Notes: a model not told the origin generated them from the sequence alone. DNA of 64,000 bases from Octopus vulgaris (GCA_951406725.2 OX597822.1:21576001-21640000), one strand, 5' to 3'; counted from the stretch's first letter, positions 1 to 13,176 are shown. Made by a program: numbers and translations.

Positions 1-204
1 ACCACGCCTGTGCCTATGTGAAACCTTTGAAGAAATCACTAACCATATCATCTTTAGGTGTCCAGTATTGGCAAAATATGAATATATCTACTGCCATCAC
101 AAATCAGTAGCATATCTACACTGGAAAATATGCAGGGAATATGATATTAGTCTCTAATAAATGGCAGGACCACAAACCACAACCATTGCTAACAAAAATA
201 ATAT

Positions 205-403
205 TGGTTTCAAATTTTGACACAAAGCCAATTATTTTGAGGGAGGGGGCAAGTCACTTACAACAATCTCAGTGCTCAACTGGTACTTATTTTATTGATG
301 GGAAAGTTGACTCCAGTGGCATTTGAACTCAGAAGATAAAGTCAGGAGAAATGCTGCTAAGCGTTTTGTCTGGTGCACTAATGATTCCAACAGATCACTG
401 CCT
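205..403 (-). mobile_element. SINE family B, diverged copy
   Basis: Reverse complement aligns by eye to the copy at 7151-7382 (ggcagtga...gagttcaa...aagtaccagtt). Confidence 0.75.
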
Positions 404-585
404 GACAACAGCATTGATAATATTACCATCGCATAGAATATGCTAGTACAATCAGATAGAGGAATCAAAGCAAACAGGCCAGACCTCATAATGAACCACA
501 AGGATGAACCTTGTAAGTTGATTATGATGACAATACCAGCAGACTGTGATACTTCATTTCTGGAATATGGGCTATGACCACCCAA

Positions 586-864
586 CCTTTTTGATACCAA
601 CCTACCTGAAAACATCCCTGGTTCTATATGAACCTTCTTTTTTGAGGTGATCTAAGTTAACAACCTTATTGATCTGGTGATAAACATTGCTTCTCAGTAC
701 AGTTACTACTTTCATCTCTCATAGAAATTTTTAACAAAATTTCATTTAAAATTGTGTTCAAAACACCAGATTTGCCAAAGACAGTTATTTTATTAATTTC
801 TTCATTATCTTTAAAATTAATTGAAACAGAGGTAATGTTTTTGAACAGAAATATAACTAAAGGG
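586..864. mobile_element. piggyBac-like MITE remnant
   Basis: Right end aaaggg|TTAA (865-868), degenerate left end; interior resembles the reverse complement of 57856-58076. Confidence 0.5.
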
Positions 865-1057
865 TTAAAATATACCAGCAGTGATCAGAGAACTTGAGTT
901 AATCAAAAAGTACACTGGAATAATTCATTAACAAAATCCTAGGACACATCATCCTACAAGAAATACGTAAAAAATATCTTCCTAGGAATAGGACCATGGG
1001 TTGGATCTGGTGATATGAAATGCAAACAATTCACTCAACAATGATGATGATGATAAT

Positions 1058-1200
1058 ATTTTCTACTATAGGCACAAGGCCTGAAATTTAGCGGAGGTGG
1101 CATGTCGATTACAACCACCCCTGAGCTCAACTGGCACTTATTTTATCAATCCCAAAAGGATGTAAAGCAAAGTTGATCTTGGCAGAATTTGAATTCAGAA
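1058..1200 (-). mobile_element. SINE family B fragment abutting the RTE
   Basis: ggcacaaggcctgaaattt...caactggcacttattttatc...aaagttgatcttggcagaatttgaattcag is the reverse complement of the family B core. Confidence 0.7.
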
Positions 1201-1204
1201 TGCT

Positions 1205-3022
1205 TAAAATATCTGGCAGAGTAGGATATGGCCTAGTCACCTGTATAGTTAATTAGGTTGTCCATGAGGGAGTCATACCTAACGATTGGTGTAGCATCAT
1301 TATTGTCAATTGCTAGAAAGGCAAAGATGATGCTTTAGATAGAGATAATTACAGAGGCATAAAATTGCTGGACCAGGTGATGAAAGTCACAGAAAGGTCA
1401 TAGCTCAATTAATAAGGAGGAGGATTAGTGTATATGAGATACAGTTAGGATTTTAGCAAGGCAGGAGCCTGACTGACGCTGTATTACTGGTTTGACAACT
1501 GCAGAAGAAATGGCTAGCCAAAAATAAACCTCTGTACCTGGCTTTTGTCAACATGGAGGAAGCCTTTGACAGGGTCCCCTGCCAGGTGGTTTATGTGAAA
1601 GCTAGGGATAGATGAATGGCTAATGAGAATGGTACAAGCTATGTACAGGAATGCTGTCAGTAAAGTAAAGGTTGGCAATGAATATCGCAATGAATTCAGT
1701 GTACAGGTAGGAGTTCACCAAAGCTCACTTCTCAGCCCCCTCCTGTTTATCTTGGTCCTCCAGACCTTAACAGAGAATTTAAGATTGGCTGTCCCTGAGA
1801 CCTCCTGTATGCTAATGACCTTCTTAAAGATGAATCATTACTTGACCTTGAGAAGAAATTTCAGGTGTGGAAACAAGGTCTGGAATCTAAGGATTTCAGG
1901 TAATTTTGCAAAAACCAAAGTCCTAGTGAGTAGGAAAACCAACAAATCACAAGTCCCTTCTGGGAGTTGGCCTTGCTTGATATGTAAGAAGGGTGTTGGT
2001 AGAAACTCCATACATTGTACCCAATACAAGCTCTGGACACATAAGAGGTGTAGCAGTATCAGAGGAAGATTAATGGAGAATATAGTCTTTGTGTGTGGCA
2101 AATGTGCAGGTACAACAAGCACTAAAAAATATATGGACAATAGGCTCGTCTGTATGCTCAGGGGGATCATTAGAAGTAGTAGATAGCATCTGTTACCTAG
2201 AAGACCAAGTTAGCAGTGATAAAGGAAGTTCTGAAAGTGTAATTGCTAGGATAAGAACGGGTTGGGTGAAGTTCAGAAAGCTCCTACCTTTGTTGGTAAC
2301 TAAGGGCCTCTCCCACACAGTGAAAGGCAGATTGTATGATGCCTGTCTATGTACAGCTATGTTATATGACAGTGAAACATGGGCTTTGACTATAGAGGAC
2401 TTGCGAAGGCTTGAAAGAAATGAAGTTAGTATGCTCCATTTGATGGGTAATGCCAGTGTGCATACATGACAGAGTGTTAGTGATTTAAGAGGAAAACTGA
2501 GTATAAGAGGCATAAAATATTGTGTGCAAGAGTGAAGACTGTGCTGGTTTGGTCATGTGATGCATATGGATGAGGACAGCTGTGTAAAGAGGTGCCGAAC
2601 TCTGATTGTGGAGGGGGTAAACCGAGGAAGACATGGGATGAAGTGGTGAGAAAGGATATTCGGATGTTGGGCTTCACTGAAGAAAGGACAAGGGACTGAG
2701 GGTTGTGGAAATTTGCTGTACTTGAAAAGGCACATCAGGCTAAGTAAAATCGCTGTCTTCCACATATACAGGCTTGTCTTTTCAGGTGCCAGTGCCACAT
2801 AAAAAAACACCTGTGCCAGTACTGCATAAACACACCCTTTCCAGTGGCATGTAAAAGGCACCCAGCACACTCTGTTAAATGGTTGGCATTAGGAAGGGCA
2901 TTCAGTCATAGAAGTCATGCCTCAATGGACAATTGGAGTCGAGACAGCTTCCTGCTAGCCAGTTCCATGTCAAACTGTCCAACCCATGCCAGCATGGAAG
3001 TGGACGTTTAATGATGATGATG
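1205..3022 (+). mobile_element. 5'-truncated, frameshifted RTE-clade LINE (copy 1) with (ATG)n tail
   Basis: RT pieces LAFVNMEEAFDRVP, VQVGVHQSSLLSPLLF, WPCLICKKGVGRNSIHC, KGRLYDAC...SETW; 3' end catgccagcatggaagtggacgtttaatgatgatgatg. Confidence 0.95.
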
Positions 3023-4015
3023 AAGGCAAAACTTGAAGAAAGGCATCTAAGCATATTTCCCAGTGTGGTAACAATTCTGCCAGCTCACTGCCTTAATAAT
3101 AATGATAAGCTCCTGATATAGACACAAGGTCACAATTTTGGGGGAGAGAAGTTAAGTTGATTAATGGGAATAATAGTTGACAATTGCTTTATTTTACCAA
3201 CCCCCCAATGAAAGACAAAATTAATATCAATGGGACTTCATGTCAGAATATGTACTGCTGGAATTAATACTGTAAGGTATTTTGTTCAACATTCTAATAA
3301 TTCACTCTAAAGGGGATAATTTGTAGTATTTATTTTAGCTCTTTGTATTCCGAGTTCAAATCTCATTGTGTCCTACATAGATAGTAGGCTTAATATGTTA
3401 CCCACATTAACAGTAATACCTGGCTCTTAGGCCTTTTAGATAAATTCAGTTGCATGAATTTAGGCCAAGTCTGTTGTTTAAGGATACCTCTCTCCTTTCT
3501 TTCTCCTAGTCTTGGAAGCCTTATAAAGAGTCATGGGCACAGCTTTCCCTTCCTGACAAAAGATTTAAAAAATCTACTAGATAAAATGACAAAGCCAACG
3601 TAGTAGGTAATGAACACAGAATACAGAAAGATGAACTAAGTAGTGCCTTCAGTCTAGTACTATATCATGTGAACTATTTCAGCACCCAATGGAACACTGC
3701 CCATACATAACCAGGATTAATATTTGACCAAAATTAAGCACAAAGTTTAGAGACGAATACAGTATGAAATATTACAAGAGCAGGTATGGCTATCTGATAA
3801 GAAGTTTGCTTCCTAGCCACATGGTTCTGGGATTCACTCCTATTGCATGGAATCTTGGGGCCAATGTCTTCTACTATAGTTCTGGGTTGACCAAAGCCTT
3901 GTGAGTGGATTTAGTAGATAGAAACTAAAAGAAGCCCATTGTATGTATATATGTCTGTGTATGTCTTTGTGCTCATGTTTATCCCCCACCACCACTTGAC
4001 AACTAGTGTTCTTTT

Positions 4016-4166
4016 CCTTATTTACATTATTTACATTTGACAGATATTTGTCCTCATCTTGTTTGTTGTTAACACAGCGTTTCGGCTGACATACCCTCCA
4101 GCCTTCATCAGGTCTCTTAGGGAAATTTCAAACCTGGGTTCTCATTCCTAAGAAATTTATCGATGA

Positions 4167-4204
<38 letters not shown>

Positions 4205-4211
4205 TCACTGC
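4016..4211 (-). mobile_element. 196-bp retroposed insertion with 13-bp TSD, containing a degenerate hammerhead motif
   Basis: ctagtgttctttt duplicated at 4003-4015 and 4212-4224; minus-strand 3' end has aatgtaaat twice; internal (ATT)n. Confidence 0.85.
4072..4115 (-). ncRNA. Minimal type-I hammerhead ribozyme motif, degenerate
   Basis: Minus strand: agac CTGATGA a ggctg-gagggtatgt-cagcc GAAA cgct gtgt. U16.1 is replaced by C and helix I has one mismatch. Confidence 0.65.
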
Positions 4212-4816
4212 CTAGTGTTCTTTTGTCAATGTCTCTGTAACTTAGTGGTCAGACAAAAGAGAACTGTAGAATAAATGGCAGTTTTAAAAATAAGTATTAG
4301 GTTTGATTTGTTCAGCTAAATCCTTCAAGGCAAGGCCTCAACATGGCCACAGTTCATTGACAGAAACAAATAAAAGATAAAAGATGTGGAGACAGGGTTC
4401 GTTATAAACTGTTATCAGCTACAAATATCTGGAAGAAATTGGAACTTACATTGCATTTAATTATTCATGTTACAGGTTTCCGTTCTCTTATAATCTGTAC
4501 TTTATTCAGTATATGACATGTTGAATAGAGCGATACTGTTCAGTTAATTGGCAACTTGTTACAGAAATAAAATTTCAGAAACTAAGTATTTTAATAAATT
4601 TTGCTTACTAAACACGAGCATAAACAAGTTAGATTTCCAAGACTTGGTAATTTATGAGATACTAAAGTAAACACTGTTTTTGTCAATCAAACAACTAACC
4701 ATAATTATTTTAGTGGCACCTAATTCTGAGGTGGCTGGATATTCTGGACAATGGACATGATAATGGTGGTGTGCTGTGAATTTTTTAAATAACAGCAAGG
4801 ACAAACAAATAATAGC

Positions 4817-4856
<40 letters not shown>

Positions 4857-7150
4857 GTAATAGCAATAATAATAATGATGAATTGTTTTTCCTGACTCGA
4901 AAGGGAAGAATTTTTCAGAATGAAATAAATATTATTATTTATTCTATTGACTCTGGAAGAACCACTTTATAAACAGACTTTTATTTCCCAGCTGTGTATT
5001 TTGTGTTAGGAAGAAATTCTATTTATATATAAAACCCTGGTTTAAATTGTAAAATAAATAAATAAATAAACTGTACAAAATATATTTCTTGTTAAAATAA
5101 AAATGACGGAAAATATGACATAAAATATCAGAATATTGGAGAAATATTATGAGGTAAGTAATAATGTTTAAAAAGAAACAAAAAAGTATAAAAAAAAGAA
5201 AAGGAAGAAGCTAATAACCAAATACTTCCGAATATAAAAATTTTCAAAATCCTTCAGAAATTTTATATGAAATATTATGTTTGGTATTAAAAATGTTTCT
5301 ATGTAACAAATAGTTTATTGAAATGTTGAAGACATCTTGTATGAGAATGTTGTAAGAAGTTGTGAAAAGCACATGCTAGCATAGTTAATTATATTATCTA
5401 TATTTAATATGACATTTACCTGCTTCAGGCAGTTTCTCATTACAAGATCTGGCAAGTCTCTCTCTGTGAGTCTATGTAATTTCAACAGGTGAATTGTATA
5501 TTACTTTTACACTATATAAATAGCTGACTGATTGCATTTTCTATGAAATTGTCATATCTTGTGTCTATTTCCTCTTCAATACACACTTTTATAAATGAAA
5601 TGAAGTGAGAGTATTATCTTATTGCAAGATTATAATGCTAGATTACAATTTACACCTTTACTAAAGCCATTATAGTAAAGTTTAAAGCTATTATAGTAAG
5701 TTTAAATCTATCTGGCTGAACACAGGTTACACTTCCATATTGTAATTGAGTATACAGTTAAAGAAACAGCATAATCTCTAGATGCCCACATTTAAAAAAT
5801 TCTTCCTGCATAATGTCAAACCAAACATATTATATTTTTAGTTTCATGCTTTTTGTAACATTTTCCCCTCCGAGTAATTTATGTACCTTGGCTTGATAAT
5901 TAACTTTGCTGGCTCCAATTATTAATTTAGAAATTAATGCTGTAGTCATCCAACTTTAGGTCATTTTTAATTCAACAGAACTAAAATGAAAAACATTTGA
6001 GTCTTGACCATTCCATCTTTTTTACTGTCTATCTACTGATTCTAGTCATTTTAATAGCCAGTTCTTTGGGACTCTCTTATTTTTTTTGTTCAGTTGTTTA
6101 GTTTTTGTTGTTTTTTTTCCACAATGTATGTCTTAGTATAGCAAATCTCTGATCACTGCTATTCTGGTTATGACCATTCTCTGTTTTATTCATACATAGT
6201 ATATCAAGGACTTCATTATCCAATGCTTCACTTCTGTTTTTAAAGATGGTTTTGTGTGACTTCTTTGAAATACTACTGCTATTTCCAGCATCTTGAATGG
6301 ATAGAAGTATTAAGTGAAGATTTGGAGGCTGACCCACACAGAACAAGGATGGATAAAGTGGGATGAAACAAATTAATTTGGTAGGTTTGGATGGATGTTG
6401 AAGCCATAATGTTTGTGATAGTCATGTTAGTAGTTACACTGATTTAGTTATGGCTTATAGATGGGTACAGCTCATTGATTGGCTGGCTTTTGAATGCTTA
6501 ATGTAATATCATTGTTAAATAAAGTCTCATAGTTGTTTCATATTTCTATTATTAATTTGTCTCTACATCAAATAACAAATGAAACAAAAACAAAACTACA
6601 AGATTTCATTGTTATTTAGCCCCAAGTCAGCCTTGATTGAGCAAAACTGTGATCAAAACTATAGTCTTGCTCATCCCACTTGTTACTTTTCTTGGCAAAA
6701 CCTTATCTAGTCTGGCTTTTTTTTTTAAGGCAGTTGCTGTGATTTGAAGAATATTTCACTGCTATTACATGCAAATTTAACAACAATGCAAAATTTTCCC
6801 CACTTGCCTTTATATGGCTGCAGTCCAATAACAGAAATCAATAAAAGAATAAAAGGATAGTTTATTTTCTCACATACGAGAAGATAAAAATGACTGATTT
6901 CCTGAATCAAAATTTTCAAAAAGATTTGTTTTCTGTATGGTTGCTAGAGATGTAATGAGTTTCCTTTTTCAGGTTGTTTTGGTTGATCAGTTATCCACCC
7001 ATTGGTTTCTCAATATCAACCATCTCTATATTGACATTCATTTCTTCTTTATGGGTGCCTAAGAGGATTCTTTATCATAGATAACTACCCCAATAAGAGA
7101 ACAACTATGTGATTCTTCAAGAAATAAACTTACAAGAAATAGCAACTGAA

Positions 7151-7382
7151 GGCAGTGAGCTGGCAGAAATGTTAGTATGCCGGGTGAAATACTTAGCGGT
7201 ATTTCGTCTGCCGTTACGTTCTGAGTTCAAGTTCCGCCGAGGTTGACTTTGCCTTTCATCCTTTCGGGAACGATAAATTTTAAGTACCAGTTACACACTG
7301 GTGTTGATCTAATCAACTTAATTCCTTTATCTGTCCTTGTTTGTCCCCTCTGTGTTTAGCCCCTTGTGGGCAATAAAGAAAT
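7151..7382 (+). mobile_element. SINE family B, full-length, with 17-bp TSD
   Basis: B-box-like gagttcaagtt, core ttgactttgcctttcatcctttcggg...aagtaccag; TSD aagaaatag(c/t)aactgaa at 7134-7150 and 7383-7399. Confidence 0.9.
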
Positions 7383-8104
7383 AAGAAATAGTAACTGAAT
7401 AACCTCAAATCACAAAGTAAATCTTAAAAAATTGAAATTTACTTTGGTCAGTGTAGATGTAGATCTAGAAAAAGATTGGTAGTCATGAAAAAACTTTGAT
7501 CAAAGATCTACTCACCAGTGCTGACCTAGAAAATAACAATTCCCTCACTTAGCAGGGAACTAACTCATTAATTTTATATGAAGACAAAAGCACAGATTGT
7601 GTAAACTCAGAATGTCTATTACAAAACTTTTTATCCTGTTCTCCATTGCCCAATTGCCTGTTAGAACATCATGTACAAATTATACACTGGGTGCCTCAAT
7701 CTGTTCTCACAGGATCATTATTCCACCGACAACATTATAAGACCTGAGCAAACTGGAGGAAATAAGGGTTGGGGCTGTATATAGCAACAGCTAATTAACA
7801 AAATGATGCAGGAAAAACCAGCAAAAGATTATAAAAACGTAGCCATAGTGTGGCTGGAAAACCAGAGAGCTTTTGATAGTATATCGCATGGTTGGTGGAT
7901 TATCAAGGATTTAGAGTTAGTAAAAGAACCATAAACACTAATGAGTGCTGTTGAATGCCTGACCATGACTAGGTACACCAGTTTTCTCCTTAGGAGTGAT
8001 AAGGAGCAAATTGTATTGCATAGCATTCACTATCAAAAAGGTATCTTTCTGGGTGATAGCGTATTGATGTGGCTCTTCATCCTCTCATTAAACTCACTAT
8101 CATA

Positions 8105-8523
8105 CCTTTTACTCTTTTACTTGTTTCAGTCATTTGACTGGCCATGCTGGAGCACCGCCTTTAGTCAATCAAATCGACCCCAGGACTTATTCTTTGTAAG
8201 CCTAGTACTTATTCTATTGGTCACTTTTACCGAATCGCTAAGTTACGGGGACGTAAACACACCAGCATTGGTTGTCAAGCAGTGTTGGTCTGACAAACAC
8301 AGACACACAAACATACACACACATATACATACACATATATATATATATACACATATATACGACGGGCTTCTTTCAGTTTCCATCTACCAAATCCACTCAC
8401 AAGGCTTTGGTCAGCCCGAGGCTATAGTAGAAGACACTTGCCCCAAGATGCCACACAGTGGGACTGTACCCGGAACCATGTGGTTGATAAGCAAGCTACT
8501 TACACACAGCCACTCCTGCGCCT
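8105..8523 (-). mobile_element. SINE family A, full-length, inserted in the LINE RT region
   Basis: Reverse complement reads ggcgcaggagtggctgtgtg...gactgaaacaagtaaaagagtaaaag; it accounts for most of ORF 7941-8594. Confidence 0.95.
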
Positions 8524-9537
8524 GTTTACAAAACATAGTGACCATGCAAACGAATCCAGAAATAACTCCTATATTTTCTTTGTTGATGACTTGAAACTGT
8601 ATGGATCAAATATCAACCACATATAAAGCCAAATGGTCCTCATTACCCAATTGTTTTAGACATTCTGAAAACCTAACAATGAATAAGCTTGATAATGCAA
8701 CCTCTAGAATCATGTAGCAATTATAGATATCTTGGACAAAATGTGAATGTCAGATATGATGGACCCATAAATAAGGAGAGGACCAAAGATGAATACTTGA
8801 GGAGAGTAATGGGAATATAGTCATCAGAACTTTCAGCTTATAACAAGCACATTGCCCACATGCAGTGCCTTTACTTACACCCATGTTTGGCCTTATGAAT
8901 TGGTCTCTACAAAAAAATCATTGAGATAGATGTTTGAATTCACAAGCAGCTCAGTGTTACAGGATACTTCAACATCAATGGAGAAGTAGACAAGCCATAC
9001 TTCTCATGTAAGAATGATGGTCATGGTCTCAAATCTGTATTGATGTCCTATGAGCATATATTGTGGCACTGACACAACATCTGCAGCAGAAAAAAAGAGA
9101 CCAATATCTATCCTGCCCAAGTTTGTGACCATTAAATCACTAACATAATTCGGATAGCTAATGATCTTGAGAAGAGGTATGAAGTAAGAGCTGATACAGA
9201 TCTCTCTCCAAGGAGCATTGGTAAAATATACTTGTCAGAAGAACAAAATAGAAAATGGAGAAGATAGTATATGGACGCTTGCATGAAAAACACAAACTAT
9301 AGAAGAGAATGATATTGTCAGAAGCTTGGCATGGAGTACTGACAAGTTTATGACATCCTACTTTGAAGGCTAGCTCCATGCAGTTTGTGAACAGGAATCC
9401 CCTCCAAGTAACTGCAGCATAAGAAGCAGAAAACATTGACAGACAACAAATGTAGGTTGATGACATCAACCATATTATTGCCAACTGTGAAAGAATGTCT
9501 TCCAGATAATATCTTTCCATGAGGCATGTGTTGTGTG

Positions 9538-10517
9538 CAGGGCTGTCATTAAGAACCCTGCAACCCCTGTGGTCGCAGGGGGCGTCTACGGTTTAGGGGC
9601 CCCATGTTAAGATCAAACTACATAGATGAGCCATCTATTTATTTTGGGTAAGATGTTAACTGAAAATTTCAAGTCAGTCAAGGAAAAAAAATACAAGGGT
9701 GTACCATAAATAACTTTAAAAGAAACGAAAAAAGTAAATGAAAAAAGCTTCCCAATGAATTCCCTAGGGAGATAAAAGAAAAACGAAAGAAATCTAAAAC
9801 AATGAAAATAAGAACAACTTCAAGAGAAAAGACAAGAAAAAGGAGCAATGGTGATGAAAGGTGGGGTTGTATACTTATGCATACATACAAACATACACAC
9901 ACATTCATATATACATAGACACACATATATATGTCTGGCTTTTATCTGTTTCAGTCTACCAAGTCCATTCACAAGGTTTTGGCCAGCTCAGAGAGAGAGA
10001 GAGAGAGACATGCAACAAAAACACACACGTGTCTTTTTGTTTCTTTGTCTCTTCCTCTTCCTCTATTCATTTCTCTCTCTCTCTCTCACACTCTCTGGTT
10101 CACCAGTCCTCCGTCAAACCTATGCCAACATGGAAAGTGGACATTAAACAATGATAATGATGTACCCAGAACAGTGGCCTTTGACCTCCTAAGGCAATAA
10201 AAACTGAAGACAAAATTCTTTCTGTACCAAAAACAAGACATGCACATGTGAACACGCATACACACACAAACACACATAGACTCATATGTATGTGTGTGTA
10301 TCTATATATGTATAGAGGGGTAGAAAAAAATATACCATTAGTTTTTTTATGAGTTGTGTTTTAGAATCATCATAGCAATTCTAAAATACAAGCTGTAAGG
10401 GACTATGTTTGATTTTTGCAGATAATAAATGTGTGTAGATAATGAATTTTGATTGAAGAGATGGGGCCTCAAAACAAAATGTTGCAGGGAGCCTCAAAAA
10501 GTCATGCGACTGCCCTG
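9538..10517. mobile_element. hAT-like non-autonomous DNA element with SINE/RTE-tail pieces inside
   Basis: Termini cagggctgtc / gactgccctg (9/10 inverted match); flanks gttgtgtg vs gttgagaa are only a partial 8-bp TSD. Confidence 0.55.
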
Positions 10518-11142
10518 GTTGAGAAGGAAAAGATATGTTCTGTTGTGGAAATCACTTGCCATCTGGACACCACTGTGATTAGAAAAATACAAGGGAAAGA
10601 GTACAACTATAGATCATTGGTAAGGAGTTTGCAAATCCAGTGCCCAAGGTTGACTTTCAGCTTTACACCTATTACTATTGGAGCAACAGGATAGACACCA
10701 GCCTCTTCGAAGCAAAAAATGACTGAACTTGGGTTTCTGGGAGAGAATGCAAATCCTTAAGCCATATACTACAAATGATCATGATATCTGGAACTATAAG
10801 AATCTGCAAGACATTAAAATTTAAAAGATAATGATTAAAACAAGATGTTTTCCTTCACAACCTTTCTACCAAGTAGGTGGCCAGTCAAACTTAACTCTGA
10901 ATTAAAAAGAGAAAGAAAAGAACATATACACGTGTGTGTATGTGTGTGTGTGTGTGTGTGTGTGTAGGCACAGGTATTGCTGTGTGGTAAGGAAGTTTGC
11001 TTTCCAAGTATGTGGTTGGGTTCAATTCCACTGTATGTTACCTTAGACAAGAGGCTTCTATTATAGTCCCAGGCTGACCAAAGCCTCATGAGTAGATTTA
11101 GTGGTGGGACTTTCAAAGTCACTTGCTGTACACACACATATA

Positions 11143-11340
11143 TATATAAATTGAATTAGAGATAAAACCACTATTAGGCAACTCAAACAGTGATAGACAT
11201 AAACCAAAACATAAAAAACAAAAAATGAATATATTTAATATATTCATTATTTTTATTTTTGTTTTTTATGTTTTGGTTTATGTCTATCACTGTTTGGGTT
11301 GCATAATAGTGGTTTTATCTTTAATTTAATTTATATTTAT
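11143..11340. repeat. Long AT-rich inverted repeat (arms ~85 bp) in a PLE-end-like repeat
   Basis: ataaaaccactatt.ggcaac.caaacagtgatagacataaaccaaaacataaaaaacaaaaaat is mirrored after the centre gaatatatttaatatattc. Confidence 0.9.
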
Positions 11341-11721
11341 ACTGTGAAATTTGATTTAATCCTAAATCTAATTTTTCCCTGTAAATTTGGATATACTCCC
11401 TAATATTATTATTATTATATATATATAGGCGCATGAAATATACATTTACGTATATACACAGTGTGTGGTATGTCTATACTTTTGTCTTGACAGCATTTGA
11501 TGGCTATAAACAAGCATCACTATCAAACAAGTGATGTTGATTTTTCAGTATTCCAGGTAAAACATGTCAGGCTGTGGGAAAGTTGATGACTGGAAAGGTA
11601 TTCGTCCACAGAAAATCTACCTCAACAAACTTCATCAGATACCCATGCAAGCATTGGAGAAGTGAATGTTCATACAATGATATATAAAGAGAGAGAGACA
11701 TCACACACCCTTTCAGTAGAT

Positions 11722-12960
11722 CTGTAGAAAAGGTGTAGGTAGAAACTCCATAAGATGTACCCAGTGTAAGCTATGGACACACAAGAGGTGCAGCAACATC
11801 AAAAGAAGATTAACCGGGAAGATAGCTTTCGTGTGCAGCTGACGCACAGGGGCAATAAACACCACAGATGCTCAGAAAACAGATTCCATCACATGCTGAA
11901 GGAGAAACTAGTAGTTGATAGCTTCTGCTAGCTAGGTGACCAAGTCTGTAGTTGGGCTGAATGCTCAGAGAGTGTTACCACTAGAATAAGTATAGCCTGG
12001 GCAAAGTTCAGAAAGTTTCTATCCCTACTGGTGACATAGGGCCTCTCGCTCAGAGTGAAAAGTAGATTGTACAATGCATGTGTGTGAAGTGCCATGTTTC
12101 ATGGCAGTGAAACATTGGCCATGACTGCTGAAGATATGTGTAGGCTCGAAAGAGATGAAGCTAGAATGATCCGCTGGATGTGTAATGTCAGTGTGCACAC
12201 ATAACAGAGTGTAAGCGCCCTGAGAGAAATGTACATAAGAAGCATCAGATGTGGCATGCAAGAGAGACATTTGCATTGGTATGGTCATGTACTATGGATG
12301 GATGAGGAGACCTGTGTGAAGAAGTGCCACTCCCAAACAGTGGAAGGAATCTGGGGTAGAGGGAGACCCAGAAAGACATGGGATGAAGTGGTCAAGCATG
12401 ACCTTCAAACGTTGGGCCTCACAGAGGCAATGACAAAAGACCAAGACCTCTGGAGATATGCTGTGACTGAGTAGATCCGGCAAATAAAGTGAGTTCACAG
12501 CTGTAACCCACACCAGTGTTGCATAGCCAGTCCTCTCAAAATTTCCTTGGGTTGTAGGGTGACATGCCATGCTTGAGGAAACCTATTGAGTCAAGTACAT
12601 CAAAATCAAATCACATTCAAATGGAAATTGTAGCTGTGATCCCCATGCAAGTGGCATGTAAAAAGCACCACCTGAATGTGACCGATGCCAGCGCTGCCTT
12701 GACTGGCTTCCGTGCTGGTGGCATGTAAAAAGCACCATCTGATCATGGTCAATGCCAGCTTCCTCTGGCCCCTGAGCCGGTGGCACCAAAAAAAGCACCC
12801 ACTACACTCTTGGAGTGGTTTTGTTAGGAAGAGCATCCATCTGTAGAAACACTACCAGATCAGAATGGAGCCTGGTGCAGCCTCCTGGCTTCCTAGCCAC
12901 CAGTTGAACCATCCAACCCATGCCAACATGGAAAACAGACGTTAAACGATGATGATGATG
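11722..12960 (+). mobile_element. 5'-truncated RTE LINE (copy 2) with 3'UTR and (ATG)n tail
   Basis: GVGRNSIRCTQCKLWTHKRCS; HLHWYGHVLWMDEE...GRGRPRKTWDEVVKHDL; tail catggaaaacagacgttaaacgatgatgatgatg. Confidence 0.95.
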
Positions 12961-12961
12961 C

Positions 12962-12998
12962 ATGTGTGTGTGTGTGCAGATACAAAAATGGATGTATA

Positions 12999-13030
<32 letters not shown>

Positions 13031-13070
13031 CATATATATATGTATATATGTATATATATATGTATATATG

Positions 13071-13121
<51 letters not shown>

Positions 13122-13176
13122 GTATATATATATATATACATATGTACATATATATATATATATATGTATATATGTG

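Larger units (their letters stand above)
25..995 (+). mobile_element. Decayed 3' end of an RLE-type (R4/Dong-like) non-LTR retrotransposon, interrupted by a SINE and a MITE
   Basis: Hand translation gives EEITNHIIFRCPVLAKYEYIYCHHKSVAYLHWKIC (zinc-knuckle region), VQSDRGIKANRPDLI (RLE NRPD motif, ~445-490) and IPAVIRELELIKK...LQEIRK (~870-990). Frameshifts and stops throughout. Confidence 0.75.
3778..4385 (+). mobile_element. SINE family A (tRNA-derived), diverged, carrying an internal insertion at 4016-4211
   Basis: Head gcaggtatggct...tgggattcactcc, core caaagccttgtgagtggattt, tail gaaacaaataaaagataaaagat. Confidence 0.85.
7665..10830 (+). mobile_element. Decayed RLE-type (R4/Dong-like) non-LTR retrotransposon (RT, zinc knuckle, RLE C-terminus) with nested insertions
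   Basis: Hand translation: YKLYTGCLN..PEQTGG, VWLENQRAFDSISH, KGIFLGDS..LFILSLNSLSYLL, FFVDDLKLY (~8575-8603), DDINHIIANC...RH (~9460-9527), ICSVVEITC...FTPITIGATG (10530-10690). Confidence 0.85.

Noticed and set aside
6098-6346. 82-aa minus-strand ORF as a host CDS
   Set aside because: No ATG start, no recognisable family, closed upstream; treated as part of a candidate non-coding exon.
7941-8594. 217-aa ORF
   Set aside because: Chimera of a LINE RT fragment and an antisense SINE.
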